The notes: a model not told the origin generated them from the letters alone. A DNA stretch of 64,000 nucleotides from a virus (IMGVR_UViG_2522572155_000001:64001-128000), one strand, 5' to 3'. Shown: positions 9,960 to 17,294, counted from the stretch's first letter. A program made the numbers and translations.

Positions 9960-10361
9960 CTACTTCTCGCGGCGCGCGTTGGGAGCTTCCTTCTGCCCCA
10001 GGAAGTCCTCACCGCGTTCCTTGGACTTGCGTACCTCGTACTGCTTCTGCTCGTGATCGAAGCCGTACGTGTGCTGGGAGTGACCGCTGATCTTGCCGAG
10101 GATCTCTACGACCGGCGGCTCTCCGTAGAGGCAGGGAGCCGGGTCTACGGTTGCGAGGATGCCCATCTCCGCGAGGCGGGTGACGTACTCGTCACGCATG
10201 GCCTCTAGGTTGTCTGCGGTGTTCGCCATGTAGCCGTACTTCTGCTGTAGGCGTACGTGAAGCTGGAGGACCGCCTGCACTTCTGTGTCCAGTAGCTCGG
10301 TGGCGAACTCAGCGAACTGCTTGCCGCTCGTGATCTTGTCGTCGGGTACCTGGGGGTTCAT
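9960..10361 (-). CDS. Hypothetical protein upstream of terminase
   Basis: ORF with ATG at 10361 (alternative TTG at 10394). Confidence 0.6.
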   Translation of the reverse strand: MNPQVPDDKITSGKQFAEFATELLDTEVQAVLQLHVRLQQKYGYMANTADNLEAMRDEYVTRLAEMGILATVDPAPCLYGEPPVVEILGKISGHSQHTYGFDHEQKQYEVRKSKERGEDFLGQKEAPNARREK

Positions 10362-10418
10362 AACTCTCTTCTCGTTGACTGGACTGACCTGCAACCCTTA
10401 TGGCGCCAGTACAACGAC

Positions 10419-10441
10419 AAAAGCCCGCACCAGGCGGGCTT
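10419..10441 (-). terminator. Intrinsic terminator
   Basis: AAGCCCGC-CTGGT-GCGGGCTT followed by TTGT on the minus strand. Confidence 0.75.
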
Positions 10442-10463
10442 CAGTCGGCTCAGGAGAGGAGAC

Positions 10464-11027
10464 TTAGGAGTTGGCCGGAAGGACCGTGCCGCTTGCGAGG
10501 CGCGCGTTCACGGCAGATACCGTGTACTGGCCTACGGAGCGGTGATGGTTCAGTGCCTGGCGGGTGACGATGTCGTCCACGTTGACAATCACGTCAGCCG
10601 TCGCCTGGAGCCGAGCCTGTCCTGCCTTGGCCGTCGCCGTGTTGCGTACCGGCACCGTTGCTACGACAAGCCCGGTCTGCGTGGTGTGCAAGAACGAGTT
10701 GGTCGTCGTCTCGAAGTAGCCAGTCTGGCCGTTCGACGCGGTGCCGACGTACACACGGTACTTCTGTGCGCCCGTGACGGCGGCCCACGCAAGGCTGACG
10801 CTGCTCGTGGCGCCGGTGAGGGCGCCCGAGTTGACCTCGGCTGCGGGGGTGGTCTCGCCAAAGTCGCCTAGGGCGGTGACCTTGTAGAAGTAGGTGCCCG
10901 CCGCAAGAGCGCCACCGTTGGCTGAAGGCGTGGGCGTGACGACGCCAGGGGCCGCTACAGCAGCCACGGCGAGGACGCGCACGCGCGAGGATCGATTGAG
11001 TGCCCGTAGGGCTACATAGGTCGGCAT
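10464..11027 (-). CDS. Putative decoration protein with inserted FN3/Ig-like domain
   Basis: 187 aa; TYFYKVTA...SVSLAW...YRVY; termini homologous to 11037-11261. Confidence 0.65.
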   Translation of the reverse strand: MPTYVALRALNRSSRVRVLAVAAVAAPGVVTPTPSANGGALAAGTYFYKVTALGDFGETTPAAEVNSGALTGATSSVSLAWAAVTGAQKYRVYVGTASNGQTGYFETTTNSFLHTTQTGLVVATVPVRNTATAKAGQARLQATADVIVNVDDIVTRQALNHHRSVGQYTVSAVNARLASGTVLPANS

Positions 11028-11036
11028 GGCCAGACC

Positions 11037-11261
11037 TTAGGAGTTCGCCGGGAGGGCTACGCCGCCGTCGTTGGCGTTGCCTGCGGTAACGATCCACTGG
11101 CCCACCGCTGCATGACGGTTGAGGGCGCGGCGGTTGGTCGCGAGGTCAAGGTCCACAACCACATCGGTGGTTGGGGTGAGCTTGACGGTCGCGCCGGTAC
11201 GGTCTACGACCTTGATGTTGGCCGAGCGGTTGAGCGCCCGGACTGCTACATGCTGTGCCAT
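11037..11261 (-). CDS. Small putative decoration protein
   Basis: 74 aa; SD AGAGGA; paralog of 10464-11027. Confidence 0.65.
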   Translation of the reverse strand: MAQHVAVRALNRSANIKVVDRTGATVKLTPTTDVVVDLDLATNRRALNRHAAVGQWIVTAGNANDGGVALPANS

Positions 11262-11354
11262 CTGTGTTCCTCTTGGGGTTTGTTCTCGCCTACGCCAGCC
11301 GCAGTGTCACGTAGGCTTGGATGTCGCCAGTTACGCGACAGCGGGGTCCCCGAT

Positions 11355-12407
11355 TTATGGGTTACGTACTCGCATGATGGGGATGACCGTCACGTACGCC
11401 GCGCGCATGTCGAAGTTGGGCGGAAGCTGCCCGTCCGTCGATACAGGTGCGGATGGCACCTGCGTTAGGAGCGCGTCTACATTGAAAGTTGTGAATGGCG
11501 CGGTGCTCTCGGTGAACACGTCACCGTCCATGCCGCCCGTGTGCCCTCCATGGCTGTGGATCCCGCCACCCTGGATGCCATGGACGTGGTTACCGGCGCC
11601 GTTCATTGGGCGGGTCTGGCTTGTGTCTCCGGAGTTGAAGCCCGGGATGTACAGCGCCTGACGAATCCCGTCAGGGCTGGGGTCGCCCACGCGACGGCTT
11701 GCTAGGTGCTGACCGGAGCCGTTGTCTGCGTTCCACGTGTGCGTGTGATCCCCAGCAGGATCCATACCGTGGCCATGAAAGCCGTCCGCGTTGATGACGT
11801 GCGTGTGGCCGCTGACGCGGTGGGCATGCGAGTCCACTTGGTGACGGTGCGCAGGGATGGGGTGCGTGTGCCCGGCGACCGCGTGGGAGTGCGAGAGGTT
11901 TCGGAAGTTCGCACCGCCGAATACCTGCGTGCCCGAGCCGTCAGCCGCATAGGTGTAGAACACGAAGCGGTCCGTCCAGTTCGGCAACGTGACAGAGCCT
12001 GCGACGCCGGGGAGGTTGTGTTCCCCCTGCTGGAGCGTCTGCCCGCGAGGTACCTCGAACAGCGTGCCCGGTCCGGCCGGGATCGGCTGCGACGGATGCA
12101 GGCGCGTCCAGGGCAATGCGACACCGAGGGGGATGATCCCGGCGAGCAGGTTGGCGCTCGCCTTGATGAGGTCTACAGAGTGGTCCTGGAGCTTGCTCCC
12201 GGGGAGCGCGCCGTTGGCGATGTGCTGAGCCCCGATCGCGTTGTCCTCGATGCCGCCCCCGGGGATCTTCACTCCCTGGCCCGTGGTGTGGTTATGGCTA
12301 GCTACCGCGTTCCAGTTCTGCACCAACTCCCCGTGGGAGTAGGGATCATCAAGCTCATCCCAGAGGATGAGTTGGGTCATGAATTCTGCGTGGTTGATTT
12401 GGGCCAT
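11355..12407 (-). CDS. Tail fibre with collar domain and HxH repeats
   Basis: Start reassigned to ATG 12407; IPLGVALPW collar-like motif; repeated HSH/HTH/HRH/HAH/HGH. Confidence 0.75.
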   Translation of the reverse strand: MAQINHAEFMTQLILWDELDDPYSHGELVQNWNAVASHNHTTGQGVKIPGGGIEDNAIGAQHIANGALPGSKLQDHSVDLIKASANLLAGIIPLGVALPWTRLHPSQPIPAGPGTLFEVPRGQTLQQGEHNLPGVAGSVTLPNWTDRFVFYTYAADGSGTQVFGGANFRNLSHSHAVAGHTHPIPAHRHQVDSHAHRVSGHTHVINADGFHGHGMDPAGDHTHTWNADNGSGQHLASRRVGDPSPDGIRQALYIPGFNSGDTSQTRPMNGAGNHVHGIQGGGIHSHGGHTGGMDGDVFTESTAPFTTFNVDALLTQVPSAPVSTDGQLPPNFDMRAAYVTVIPIMRVRNP

Positions 12408-12409
12408 AG

Positions 12410-13216
12410 TTAGAAACCTGTTGTCCAAACCCACAGCTTGCGGTTCTTCGCCGTCACCGGGTCCGGGCCAGTGGCGTATCGCACCGACACATCGTACGTT
12501 CCCGCCGCCGCGAAGATGTGGCACACTCCACTACCTGCGAGCGTGCCGTTCGCTGGGCTGACGCCGATGATCTGGCCTGTCGTAGCGTCGCCTGTATACG
12601 CCCCCGATGAATTGGCGGAGGAGTGAAGCCCAAAACCGGACGTGGCGAGCGCGCGGTAGAGGTTCGCGCCGGTCGGCATGTTCGCCGCCGCCGACGCTGG
12701 GTTGGTCGCTGTGTCTAGGACTACCTGCACCTGCGTGGAGTTCAAGAACAGCGCCGCCATGGCGTTCGCGGGAGTCACGGCCTTCCACATCGCCTGAAAC
12801 GCTACGCTGATAAGGCCATCAGTCGGGAGAGAGACGCTGGTAACCCTGTCTGGTGTGGGCATTAGCTGGAAGCCGATGCCGCCAGTCGTCACAGATTCCT
12901 CCGCAGAGATCATTGACTTACCACGACGGACAGTGGTCCCCTGTGTGATCCCGAGGTACGTCGCGAATGCCGAGTCGAGCTTCGGGACGGTGACGGCACC
13001 GTTGAGAAGCTTGGTCGTCGTGACGGCGTCGGTCGCGAGCTTGAAGCTGCTTACCGAGCCGTCAGCGAACGAGTCAGCGCCCAGCGGCTTACCCTTGCCC
13101 GGAGAGTGATCGTGGTTGTCGATTCTCTGCATGTTCAGAGCAAGCTGCGCTGAACTGAACTGATCGGTGGGGGACGGCCATGCGACCAGTCCCATGTTGG
13201 CGAGGAGGGATGCCAT
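12410..13216 (-). CDS. Tail fibre/receptor-binding protein
   Basis: Start reassigned to ATG 13216; DGSVSSFKLATDAVTTTKLLNGAVTVPKL repeats. Confidence 0.7.
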   Translation of the reverse strand: MASLLANMGLVAWPSPTDQFSSAQLALNMQRIDNHDHSPGKGKPLGADSFADGSVSSFKLATDAVTTTKLLNGAVTVPKLDSAFATYLGITQGTTVRRGKSMISAEESVTTGGIGFQLMPTPDRVTSVSLPTDGLISVAFQAMWKAVTPANAMAALFLNSTQVQVVLDTATNPASAAANMPTGANLYRALATSGFGLHSSANSSGAYTGDATTGQIIGVSPANGTLAGSGVCHIFAAAGTYDVSVRYATGPDPVTAKNRKLWVWTTGF

Positions 13217-13218
13217 GA

Positions 13219-13839
13219 TTAGGAGAGGAAGAGCTTGCGCTCCGCTTCGCGACGGCTTGTGAGCCCGGGTAGCACACGGCTGCCTGCCATGTCCCAATCG
13301 AGCAGGTGGTTCGCCGCGCCCTTCCAGTCGTGCGAGCGCAGCGCGCGGCCGACGCCGGTATCCCGGTCGATGGCTCCGGGTCCGCAGTTGTAGACGAAGC
13401 TCACCAGGGCGTCGAACTGATGCTGGCTCAGCGGGAGGTGAAGGGCGGCGACCGGCGGGGCGTACTTGTGGTTGAGGTCTGTCTTGAGGAGAGCCGTCGC
13501 CTGCTTCTCGGTGATGTTCTTCGAGTTTGGGCCGACGCCGGACGTGTGACCGTAGCCGATGGTCCACACGCCCACGGCGTCGCGGTAGGGGTGATCTACG
13601 AAGCCCTCGAAGCGCTTGATGAGGGCGACGCCCGAGTCAGAGACCTTGGTGATGCGCTTGGCGGCAAGCTGCTTCTTGCGACGCTGCACCAACTCATGGG
13701 CGTTCTTGTACATCCCGTACCAGTAGGCCCGGCGCGGGGACTTGGAGTTCTTCTTGACATAGTCTCGCCAGTTCTTGTGGAAGCGAGACTCACGCTCTTC
13801 CCAGAGGGCGAGAGAGTGCTGTAGCTCGGTAACGGTCAT
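13219..13839 (-). CDS. Endolysin, GH24 phage lysozyme
   Basis: IKRFEG...YRDAVGVWTIGYGHT...QFDALVSFVYNCG...GLTSRREAE. Confidence 0.93.
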   Translation of the reverse strand: MTVTELQHSLALWEERESRFHKNWRDYVKKNSKSPRRAYWYGMYKNAHELVQRRKKQLAAKRITKVSDSGVALIKRFEGFVDHPYRDAVGVWTIGYGHTSGVGPNSKNITEKQATALLKTDLNHKYAPPVAALHLPLSQHQFDALVSFVYNCGPGAIDRDTGVGRALRSHDWKGAANHLLDWDMAGSRVLPGLTSRREAERKLFLS

Positions 13840-13874
13840 GTCTATCCGTTACGACTTAGGTCGCGCCCGAAAAG

Positions 13875-13947
13875 TGGCTCTAGCAGGAGTCGAACCTGCG
13901 GCCTCTCCCTTATGAGGGGATCGCTCTGGCCTCTGAGCTATAGAGCC
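13875..13947 (-). tRNA. tRNA-CAT (elongator Met or Ile2)
   Basis: Cloverleaf GGCTCTA...TAGAGCC-A; loop CT-CAT-AA. Confidence 0.9.
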
Positions 13948-13953
13948 GGTGAG

Positions 13954-14025
13954 AGCCGCGTGCGGGACTCGAACCCGCGATGCCTGCTTGGAAGGCAGGA
14001 GTGTTGGCCACTACACCAACGCGGC
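13954..14025 (-). tRNA. tRNA-Gly(TCC)
   Basis: Cloverleaf; CCTGC-CTTCCAA-GCAGG. Confidence 0.92.
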
Positions 14026-14136
14026 GTGCAGAGAAACGGTGCTCTGATGCACCAGTTTCGCCTCGCGAGATTCTTACCTCCCGCGCCCTTCGGAAGAGGT
14101 GAAGGTCACCATCCATCTACCCGAAAGGGAAACATC

Positions 14137-14379
14137 ATGTCTCAGGTTGTCAAGCTCGACAGTCGCACGTTCGTAGCTGTCCCACAGCTAGCAATCGGCG
14201 CCCATACCATCGACGGATACGTGTTCGGCGGGATGCCGTACTACAACCCGGCGCCGGACTCCATTAGCGCCGTCACGATTTGGTGGAAGCTACTCGCGGA
14301 CCCGAGCTACGCGTCGTTGCCGCCGGTCACGTCGATCAGCGTGGAGACCACGGTCTCCGGTACCGTCAACCCGGTCTAG
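14137..14379 (+). CDS. Hypothetical protein, antisense to the tRNA array
   Basis: 80 aa from ATG 14137 with SD-like GAAAGGGA. Confidence 0.6.
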   Translation: MSQVVKLDSRTFVAVPQLAIGAHTIDGYVFGGMPYYNPAPDSISAVTIWWKLLADPSYASLPPVTSISVETTVSGTVNPV

Positions 14380-14579
14380 GAGAAGATCCGAGCGATCTGC
14401 TCGTGCGTCGCTCCCTGGGCGAGATAGCGACGCACGTCGTGGTGACTGAGGGCGAAGCCGTCCAAGCCCTTTGCATCCACGAGGCTCATCACCTGGTCGT
14501 CAACGAAGCCGAGCGAGCGAAACGTCTCGCTACGGTACGCCCTGATCTTGTCACCATTGAGGTCGGTGGTACCTGCCAT
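14376..14579 (-). CDS. Hypothetical protein
   Basis: 67 aa; SD GGGAG. Confidence 0.6.
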   Translation of the reverse strand: MAGTTDLNGDKIRAYRSETFRSLGFVDDQVMSLVDAKGLDGFALSHHDVRRYLAQGATHEQIARIFS

Positions 14580-14665
14580 TCTAAGCTCCCTATCAGAATC
14601 GAACTGATTTCCCGGGGTTACAAGGCCCGTGCATCTCCATCAATGCTTAGGGAGCGGGACGAGCC

Positions 14666-15199
14666 CTACTTCCTCGGGCTCTTCTTGTGTCGATGCAAGC
14701 GAGAAGCATGCGCGTTGAGTCGCCTGCGGGCGAGCTTCGCCGGGCTTGCTGCGAAGTTCACGTGGTGAGCCTCGGAGGCCGTGTGATACGGCTGGTGCAC
14801 CTTGTAGCCGTAGCGATGGAGCACGCGGAGTAGGTCATCCCATTCCGTAACGTCGAGACCTAGCTGATAGGGCCGGAGCTTGTGCCCGACGTGGCCGATG
14901 GTGCCATCTCCGAGCAGCAGGTGGGAGCCCTGGGTCGGTGGGTTCGCGGGCAGGAACCCGGGCAGGCGCTTCGTCCATCCGTTGAACAGGTACGCCTGGT
15001 CGTGAAGCTTGGTCTTGTGCCTCTTGTTGAACGACTTGATCGTGGATACGCGACGATCTGCCGAGACAAGGTGTCCCTTCCAGCCGTTGTTACGCGCGTC
15101 CTGGAGTGCCCATGCGAGGCCCCGGTAGACGGGCACATTGTCGAACTTGACGATGTGCCACGCCGGGTAGACCGTGCTCAGAAGCGGTAGGCGGCTCAT
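14666..15199 (-). CDS. Putative M15-type zinc peptidoglycan peptidase
   Basis: ANPPTQGSH...GLD...EAHHV fits the SxH..D..ExxH signature. Confidence 0.65.
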   Translation of the reverse strand: MSRLPLLSTVYPAWHIVKFDNVPVYRGLAWALQDARNNGWKGHLVSADRRVSTIKSFNKRHKTKLHDQAYLFNGWTKRLPGFLPANPPTQGSHLLLGDGTIGHVGHKLRPYQLGLDVTEWDDLLRVLHRYGYKVHQPYHTASEAHHVNFAASPAKLARRRLNAHASRLHRHKKSPRK

Positions 15200-15234
15200 G
15201 CCGCTTACGTGAGAGGCTCAACGATGAAGTAAGG

Positions 15235-15512
15235 TCACGCCCTATAGCCAGGATTCTGTCGTGGTCGATCATCTACCTCTGTATCGCGTATCGATACGCG
15301 ATACAGGCCACACCTTTACGTGGTGGCTGCCCTCAACCTTGCTCACCCCTGGTTGCCCTCGGGTGGCTATTGCGAGGTTGCACCCTGCCTCCCCACTGAG
15401 GTTCGAACGGCCGTAAGCCTCCCTCCGGAGGATCAGTATCTGCGACGAGGTTTGCCCCCGCCAGGGTGTCCTGAACTTCCTCTGGCCGAGGCCAGCGATC
15501 GACTAGGCGTGA
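15235..15512 (-). ncRNA. rnpB: RNase P RNA (compact, phage-encoded)
   Basis: CR-I GAGGAAGTTCAGGAC, CR-IV AGATGATCGAC, CR-V ACAGAATCCTGGCTA; P1, P2 (GTCGATC/GATCGAC), P3, 8-bp P4 with bulged U and P5 (CACC/GGTG-CAA) all pair. Confidence 0.88.
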
Positions 15513-15513
15513 G

Positions 15514-15586
15514 AGCCCACGCGGGGATTCGAGCCCCGGACCTCTCCCTTACGAGGGGAGCGCTCTACCTGCTGAGCTACGTGGGC
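15514..15586 (-). tRNA. tRNA-Thr(CGT)
   Basis: Cloverleaf; CTCCC-CTCGTAA-GGGAG; T-loop begins CTC instead of TTC. Confidence 0.88.
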
Positions 15587-15591
15587 GTGCA

Positions 15592-15664
15592 AGCCACCAC
15601 AGGGAGTCGAACCCTGGACCCCTGCCTTACCATGGCAGTGCTCTGTCCTCTGAGCTATGGCGGC
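15592..15664 (-). tRNA. tRNA-Thr(GGT)
   Basis: Cloverleaf; CTGCC-ATGGTAA-GGCAG. Confidence 0.9.
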
Positions 15665-15667
15665 GTA

Positions 15668-15739
15668 AGGGGTATGTGGGAATCGAACCCACCTTTGCGA
15701 CATGGCAAGCCACCGTAATAGCCGATATACGAATACCCC
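15668..15739 (-). tRNA. tRNA-Gly(GCC)
   Basis: Cloverleaf; GTGGC-TTGCCAT-GTCGC. Confidence 0.8.
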
Positions 15740-15753
15740 TTGTCTACTGCTAG

Positions 15754-15822
15754 CGCCCCAACGAGGAATCGAACCTCGCATCTCGGATTCGAAGTCCAAG
15801 CGCCAGACACACTGGCAAGGGC
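15754..15822 (-). tRNA. tRNA-Arg(TCG), aberrant D-arm
   Basis: Good T-arm and anticodon arm TTGGA-CTTCGAA-TCCGA; weak acceptor stem, non-canonical D-arm. Confidence 0.65.
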
Positions 15823-15827
15823 GGAAG

Positions 15828-15900
15828 TGCCCCCTACTGGATTCGAACCAGTGACCTCGGCCGTCGCAGGGCCGCGCTCTATCCACTGAGCTAAGAGGGC
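15828..15900 (-). tRNA. tRNA-Arg(GCG)
   Basis: Cloverleaf; CGGCC-CTGCGAC-GGCCG. Confidence 0.9.
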
Positions 15901-15937
15901 AGAGGGTGGGGTCACACACCGCTAGGACCCCACCCTG

Positions 15938-16534
15938 CTACTGATCGAACCGGCCTTCGAGCCAGTCCTTTACGAGGCGAGCCTCGTATACCTGGTCATC
16001 GCCTTCCGCGAGCAATTCGATGATCTTCGGGTGCTCGCGACGAAGCTGTTCCAGGAGGCGACGGGCGTTCGCCCGTTCCTCCTGCGTGAGGTACCCCACG
16101 ATCGAGACGGTGTTATCTCTGTCGTGGAGGTCACGGTGGCAGTCGATGCACACAGGGATTGTGCACCGTGACCGGGCGGCGACCTGTACGTAGTTGGATA
16201 GCTCCCGCATCATCCAACGGTTGACGTAGTGGTGCCTCGTGGAGTCCCCAGGACGGCCGCAGCAGCGACATTCAGGCTGAACCTGTCTCAGCGCTCTGTA
16301 GGCGTTCCTGCGCTCTACGATCTCGGCCGGGGGAGTACCCTGGTCTAGGGCATCACGCAGAGCCTCCACGATTTGCCCTTGCGTCGGGTGCGTATCGAGC
16401 AAGTCGTCAAGCTCGATCCCCGTCACCGTGGTGAGGAGTTCAAGCTGCTCGTGCGTTGCCTTGCGGCCATTGGCCGAAGCGTCGTACCACCAGGTGTCCC
16501 CGGTGGGGAGAGTGATGGGACGGGCGCGTGACAT
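15938..16534 (-). CDS. HNH-family endonuclease-like protein
   Basis: CRCC...TRHH...IPVCIDCHRDLH zinc/HNH pattern. Confidence 0.7.
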   Translation of the reverse strand: MSRARPITLPTGDTWWYDASANGRKATHEQLELLTTVTGIELDDLLDTHPTQGQIVEALRDALDQGTPPAEIVERRNAYRALRQVQPECRCCGRPGDSTRHHYVNRWMMRELSNYVQVAARSRCTIPVCIDCHRDLHDRDNTVSIVGYLTQEERANARRLLEQLRREHPKIIELLAEGDDQVYEARLVKDWLEGRFDQ

Positions 16535-16551
16535 TGTTCCTCACTGGTTAG

Positions 16552-16624
16552 TGCCGCGTACGGGAATCGAACCCGTGTTACCTACGTGAGAGGCAGGCGT
16601 CCTGGTCCACTAGACGAACGCGGC
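16552..16624 (-). tRNA. tRNA-Glu(CTC)
   Basis: Cloverleaf; CCTGC-CTCTCAC-GTAGG. Confidence 0.9.
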
Positions 16625-16632
16625 AGGTGGAG

Positions 16633-16707
16633 GGCGACCAGCGGGATTCGAACCCGTCGCTGCTGGAGTCACAGTCCAGAGTGCTAACCGCTGACACTAT
16701 GGCCGCC
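16633..16707 (-). tRNA. tRNA-His(GTG)
   Basis: Cloverleaf with G-1:C73; CTGGA-CTGTGAC-TCCAG. Confidence 0.9.
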
Positions 16708-16713
16708 ATGAAG

Positions 16714-16784
16714 CTGGGGAGCAAGGATTTGAACCTCAACTAACGGGGCCAAAACCCGTCGTGCTGCCGTTACACCACTCCCCA
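16714..16784 (-). tRNA. tRNA-Gln(TTG)
   Basis: Cloverleaf; ACGGG-TTTTGGC-CCCGT. Confidence 0.9.
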
Positions 16785-16798
16785 GTGGTTACTGCTGA

Positions 16799-16872
16799 TA
16801 GCGGGAGGAGGATTTGAACCTCCGACCTCCAGGTTATGAGCCTAGCGAGCTACCTGACTGCTCCATCCCGCA
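16799..16872 (-). tRNA. tRNA-fMet(CAT)
   Basis: Initiator-type body TGCGGGATGGAGCAG...CCCGCTA with 1:72 mismatch. Confidence 0.88.
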
Positions 16873-16887
16873 TGGGTGAACTGCAAG

Positions 16888-16962
16888 TACCCTCGCTCGG
16901 ATTCGAACCGAGACATGAACGGTGTTTGAAACCGCTACCTCTGCCAATTGGGCTACGAGGGC
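16888..16962 (-). tRNA. tRNA-Leu(CAA), short variable region
   Basis: Cloverleaf; GCGGT-TTCAAAC-ACCGT; 75 nt. Confidence 0.82.
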
Positions 16963-16963
16963 A

Positions 16964-17035
16964 TAGGGCGACGGAGAATCGAACTCCGGCTACGGGGGTG
17001 AAAACCCAGCGGTCTGACCACTAACCTACCGCCCC
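16964..17035 (-). tRNA. tRNA-Glu(TTC)
   Basis: Cloverleaf; loop TT-TTC-AC. Confidence 0.82.
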
Positions 17036-17047
17036 AGGTACTTCGAG

Positions 17048-17122
17048 TGCACCCACGAGGATTTGAACCTCGGACCTCCGCCTTATCAGAGCGGCGCTCT
17101 AACCAAACTGAGCTATGAGTGC
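17048..17122 (-). tRNA. tRNA-Ile(GAT)
   Basis: Cloverleaf; CCGCT-CTGATAA-GGCGG. Confidence 0.92.
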
Positions 17123-17126
17123 AGAG

Positions 17127-17198
17127 TGGAACGCCCCGGAATCGAACCGGGTACACCGCGAGTTTCAGCCGCGTGCTCTACCGATGAGCTAGCGCTCC
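17127..17198 (-). tRNA. tRNA-Phe(GAA)
   Basis: Cloverleaf; CGCGG-CTGAAAC-TCGCG. Confidence 0.9.
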
Positions 17199-17201
17199 AG
17201 G

Positions 17202-17294
17202 TCAGGCCACGAGGCAAAGGGGGAGCCTCGTCTGAGCGGCGTCATGGGACATCCCGGACCGCCGCTAGCGTCTCGCGATCCCCTCGTGACCTGA
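17202..17294 (-). ncRNA. Unassigned structured RNA A
   Basis: Termini pair (TCAGGTCACGAGG/CCTCGTGGCCTGA); inner stem AGCGGCG/CGCCGCT; fills the tRNA spacer. Confidence 0.5.

Noticed and set aside
16888-16962. Suppressor or Sec tRNA (TCA read in the loop)
   Set aside because: The 7-nt loop TTCAAAC centres on CAA; ORFs use all three stop codons normally, so there is no sign of recoding.
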